Source: Trichosphaerium sp. ATCC 40318 (lineage: Eukaryota > Protista > Tubulinea). From it: a DNA stretch of 64,000 nt. The stretch spans positions 1 through 64,000 of the forward strand of contig JALMLS010000237.1 in the NCBI GenBank assembly GCA_038496445.1, given 5' to 3'. The notes beneath the pieces are model-generated. The model made no database searches. It saw only the letters and a list, made by a program, of their open reading frames with translations, and was not told the origin of the DNA. The translations under genes and the position numbers were made by a program. Each line of letters opens with the position of its first letter. Within the stretch, counting starts at the first letter, position 1. Below, one piece after another: positions 62,001 through 64,000 of this stretch.

Positions 62001-63973
62001 CTAAATTAAGCTTATGCTCCCAGTTATGTAACCCAGTAAAAAATTGAATACACCACATATAATTATCTACATCCATAGGGTGTACATGACCAGGCTAGAA
62101 GATAAATCCAGTAAGAACATAAAGTTGAAGGTAGCTAAAACTAAAAAGTGAACGCACTCTTGCAGAAACAAACAAATCTTGAGTTGCAGTTTTCATCATG
62201 CCTTAAAACTTTAAGTAAGTTTTCCAGTTATCAGTTAACCATTCATTACGTACTATCATATGTTGTCTGTAGTATTTGTGTAGCAAAACCCTTGAGTATG
62301 ACTTGTACGTCATGTGCACTGCCGTATGTTTTTGATGGAGGCGGTTTTCTACCTGTCATTTTTTGTTAGCCGTATGATTACAACATTTTCTTCTTTTTTT
62401 CTGACGTACCTCTCCTGACTTTTGTAGTTTCTTCTTTTACAGTATTATTGAGAATTTCTGATGCAGAAGAGTTGCTCTTAGCCTTAGCTTCGGATACAGA
62501 ACCAGTCTATCGAGAGTCAAAAAGGGTTCCAACAAAATTAATAAACAACGTACAGCTGTGTTTACTTTCCAGAAGCATCCACCAAACCTGTTGTGTCTGG
62601 CAAATGACATTGGATCAAATTGACGTTCTTGCTCTTGTTTCTCTTTGATAAGGTGTTGCTTAACAAGGCGTCCAGTAGAGGTCCCTTTCTTGTTCTACAA
62701 AACAGTTTTAGCCACAAGTTGTACGGTAGACGAAAAAAGTAGTCGCTCAGCGACTCATTAACAGTTGAGCGCTTGGTACTATTATCAAATATGTTACGTA
62801 CTTTGTGAAGTCTATAGGCGTCTACTAGACCTTTTGGAGTATCTTTACGGAGCATAAGATAAACAATTTCAAGCAACAACAAATTCCATTTTACATTGTG
62901 TTTATCCTACAATTTGTGAGCTTTTACCAAAACTAGAGGAGAACTTATTGATCTGATCTGTTTACGTACATGTATAGAAGCGCCTACTAGCGAGAAAAAA
63001 TCGATTATATTTTGTTCATGAATAGCAATGATGAAGTGATCCTAAAGAAGGCTGTATTAATAAAAACCGTTTCAATGTGGAAAAAAGTTCTCGCATGAGA
63101 TAATAACCGCAGTAATCAACGTGTTGTAGTTGTTGTACTATACACACGATTGTGGTGTTTAATATGCGTACTTGTAGACGATGCATGTGCTCTTCACTAG
63201 AAGTACTGGAAGGTGGATCTGGGATGAACAACAAGTTACGGAATAAGTACAAAATATACTCTATTAAGCGTGTATCACGCGCATCGCGCTCCCTTTATCG
63301 TGTAAGTCATTTTCGATTTTTTTTTTGAAATTTAAACGTACTTTGGTTCCTTGCTTACAGGCTCGCTCAATATTTGCATGAGTACATTAAGCGCTTTACC
63401 TCTAATAAACTCACGCTTGTATTGTTGTAAATACTTGATTTGGAGAGGAGTATTTCTGTCTTTTTTTTTTTCGAAATTTGTGATCATGTACAACAATTTC
63501 ACTGCGAGAGATACGTTAGAAGTAGAAGTTATACGCGAAAATCTTATTTTAAAGCAGCATACGTGTTTGTTCAATCAGTTTTGGGTCAGGGTTTTCAGAT
63601 TCTTGCTCTAGAATCAATAACGGCAATAAATGTTTACTAACGACCTGTATTCGTAATGAGATACATGTTTGATTACGTTTCTGAGATTATGTACTTGCCT
63701 GCCACTTTCCTAGCTGAATATTAAATTCGCGCCCCTCGTTATCTCTTCTTAGTGCTCTTTGTACGTCTAGAATACACTCTACGATGTTTTAATACCCTTC
63801 GTTTTAAATAATTCAAAAACAAGTAACCGCTAAATTACAAATGCCGTACCAAGCGATTCTTCGCTCTTCTCATACTTAGTAATGATGGTATCTGTCTGAA
63901 CATCGTATTCTTCAACATCGCTACCAATACCCTTTACTTTAAACAGTAGATCCGTAACGTGGCGATTTAGCAT
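59027..63973 (-). CDS. TIMELESS: Timeless/Tof1/Swi1 replication-fork protection protein, multi-exon
   Basis: N-terminal YEKSEESLECILDVQRALRED...QLGKWQVVSKHLLPLL, LFRNLLFIPD, RHNRFGG, QANIFYE and NHHI motifs; acidic/basic tail. Confidence 0.88.
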
Positions 63974-64000
63974 GGTGTAACACGCTCTGTAGTCGTTGGC

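Noticed and set aside
1-64000. Alternative genetic code, or U12/AT-AC introns
   Set aside because: In the genes I spliced, in-frame stops are removed by GT-AG or GC-AG introns, and no U12 donor was found at an exon boundary.

Overview
Gene-dense, AT-rich (roughly 35% GC by eye) nuclear DNA of a microbial eukaryote, probably an amoeboid protist; the taxon cannot be determined from this window. Standard genetic code. Introns are mostly short (about 40-250 nt) with donors GTACGT/GTACGC/GTGCGT/GTAAGT, so the ORF track fragments most genes; all gene models below were spliced by hand and family calls rest on recognised motifs, not database searches. Intron-rich housekeeping genes: Aa_trans transporter, TACC, CCR4/nocturnin-type EEP hydrolase, M19 dipeptidase, TauE/SafE transporter, purple acid phosphatase, CTD small phosphatase, tRNase Z, nurim/MddA-like protein and Timeless. 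These are interleaved with (i) a dispersed, fast-turnover set of F-box genes carrying interchangeable repeat modules (three 21-22 aa LRR arrays with variable concave-face residues, one MORN-variant array, one Cys-rich array, plus decayed LRR and MORN copies); (ii) a young 5'-truncated L1/Tx1-type LINE with a perfect 16-bp TSD whose ORF has lost the CCHC knuckle but ends in an M48-peptidase-like HExxH segment; (iii) secreted Cys-rich proteins (TIMP-like, Reeler fusion, EGF-like); (iv) a stand-alone H-Y-E PARP-like ADP-ribosyltransferase; and (v) pseudogene fragments (actin, DNA ligase). Two window-wide signals stand out: at least 47 CACGTG palindromes, mostly non-coding, and at least five GC-AG introns. 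No tRNA, rRNA or CRISPR features were found.
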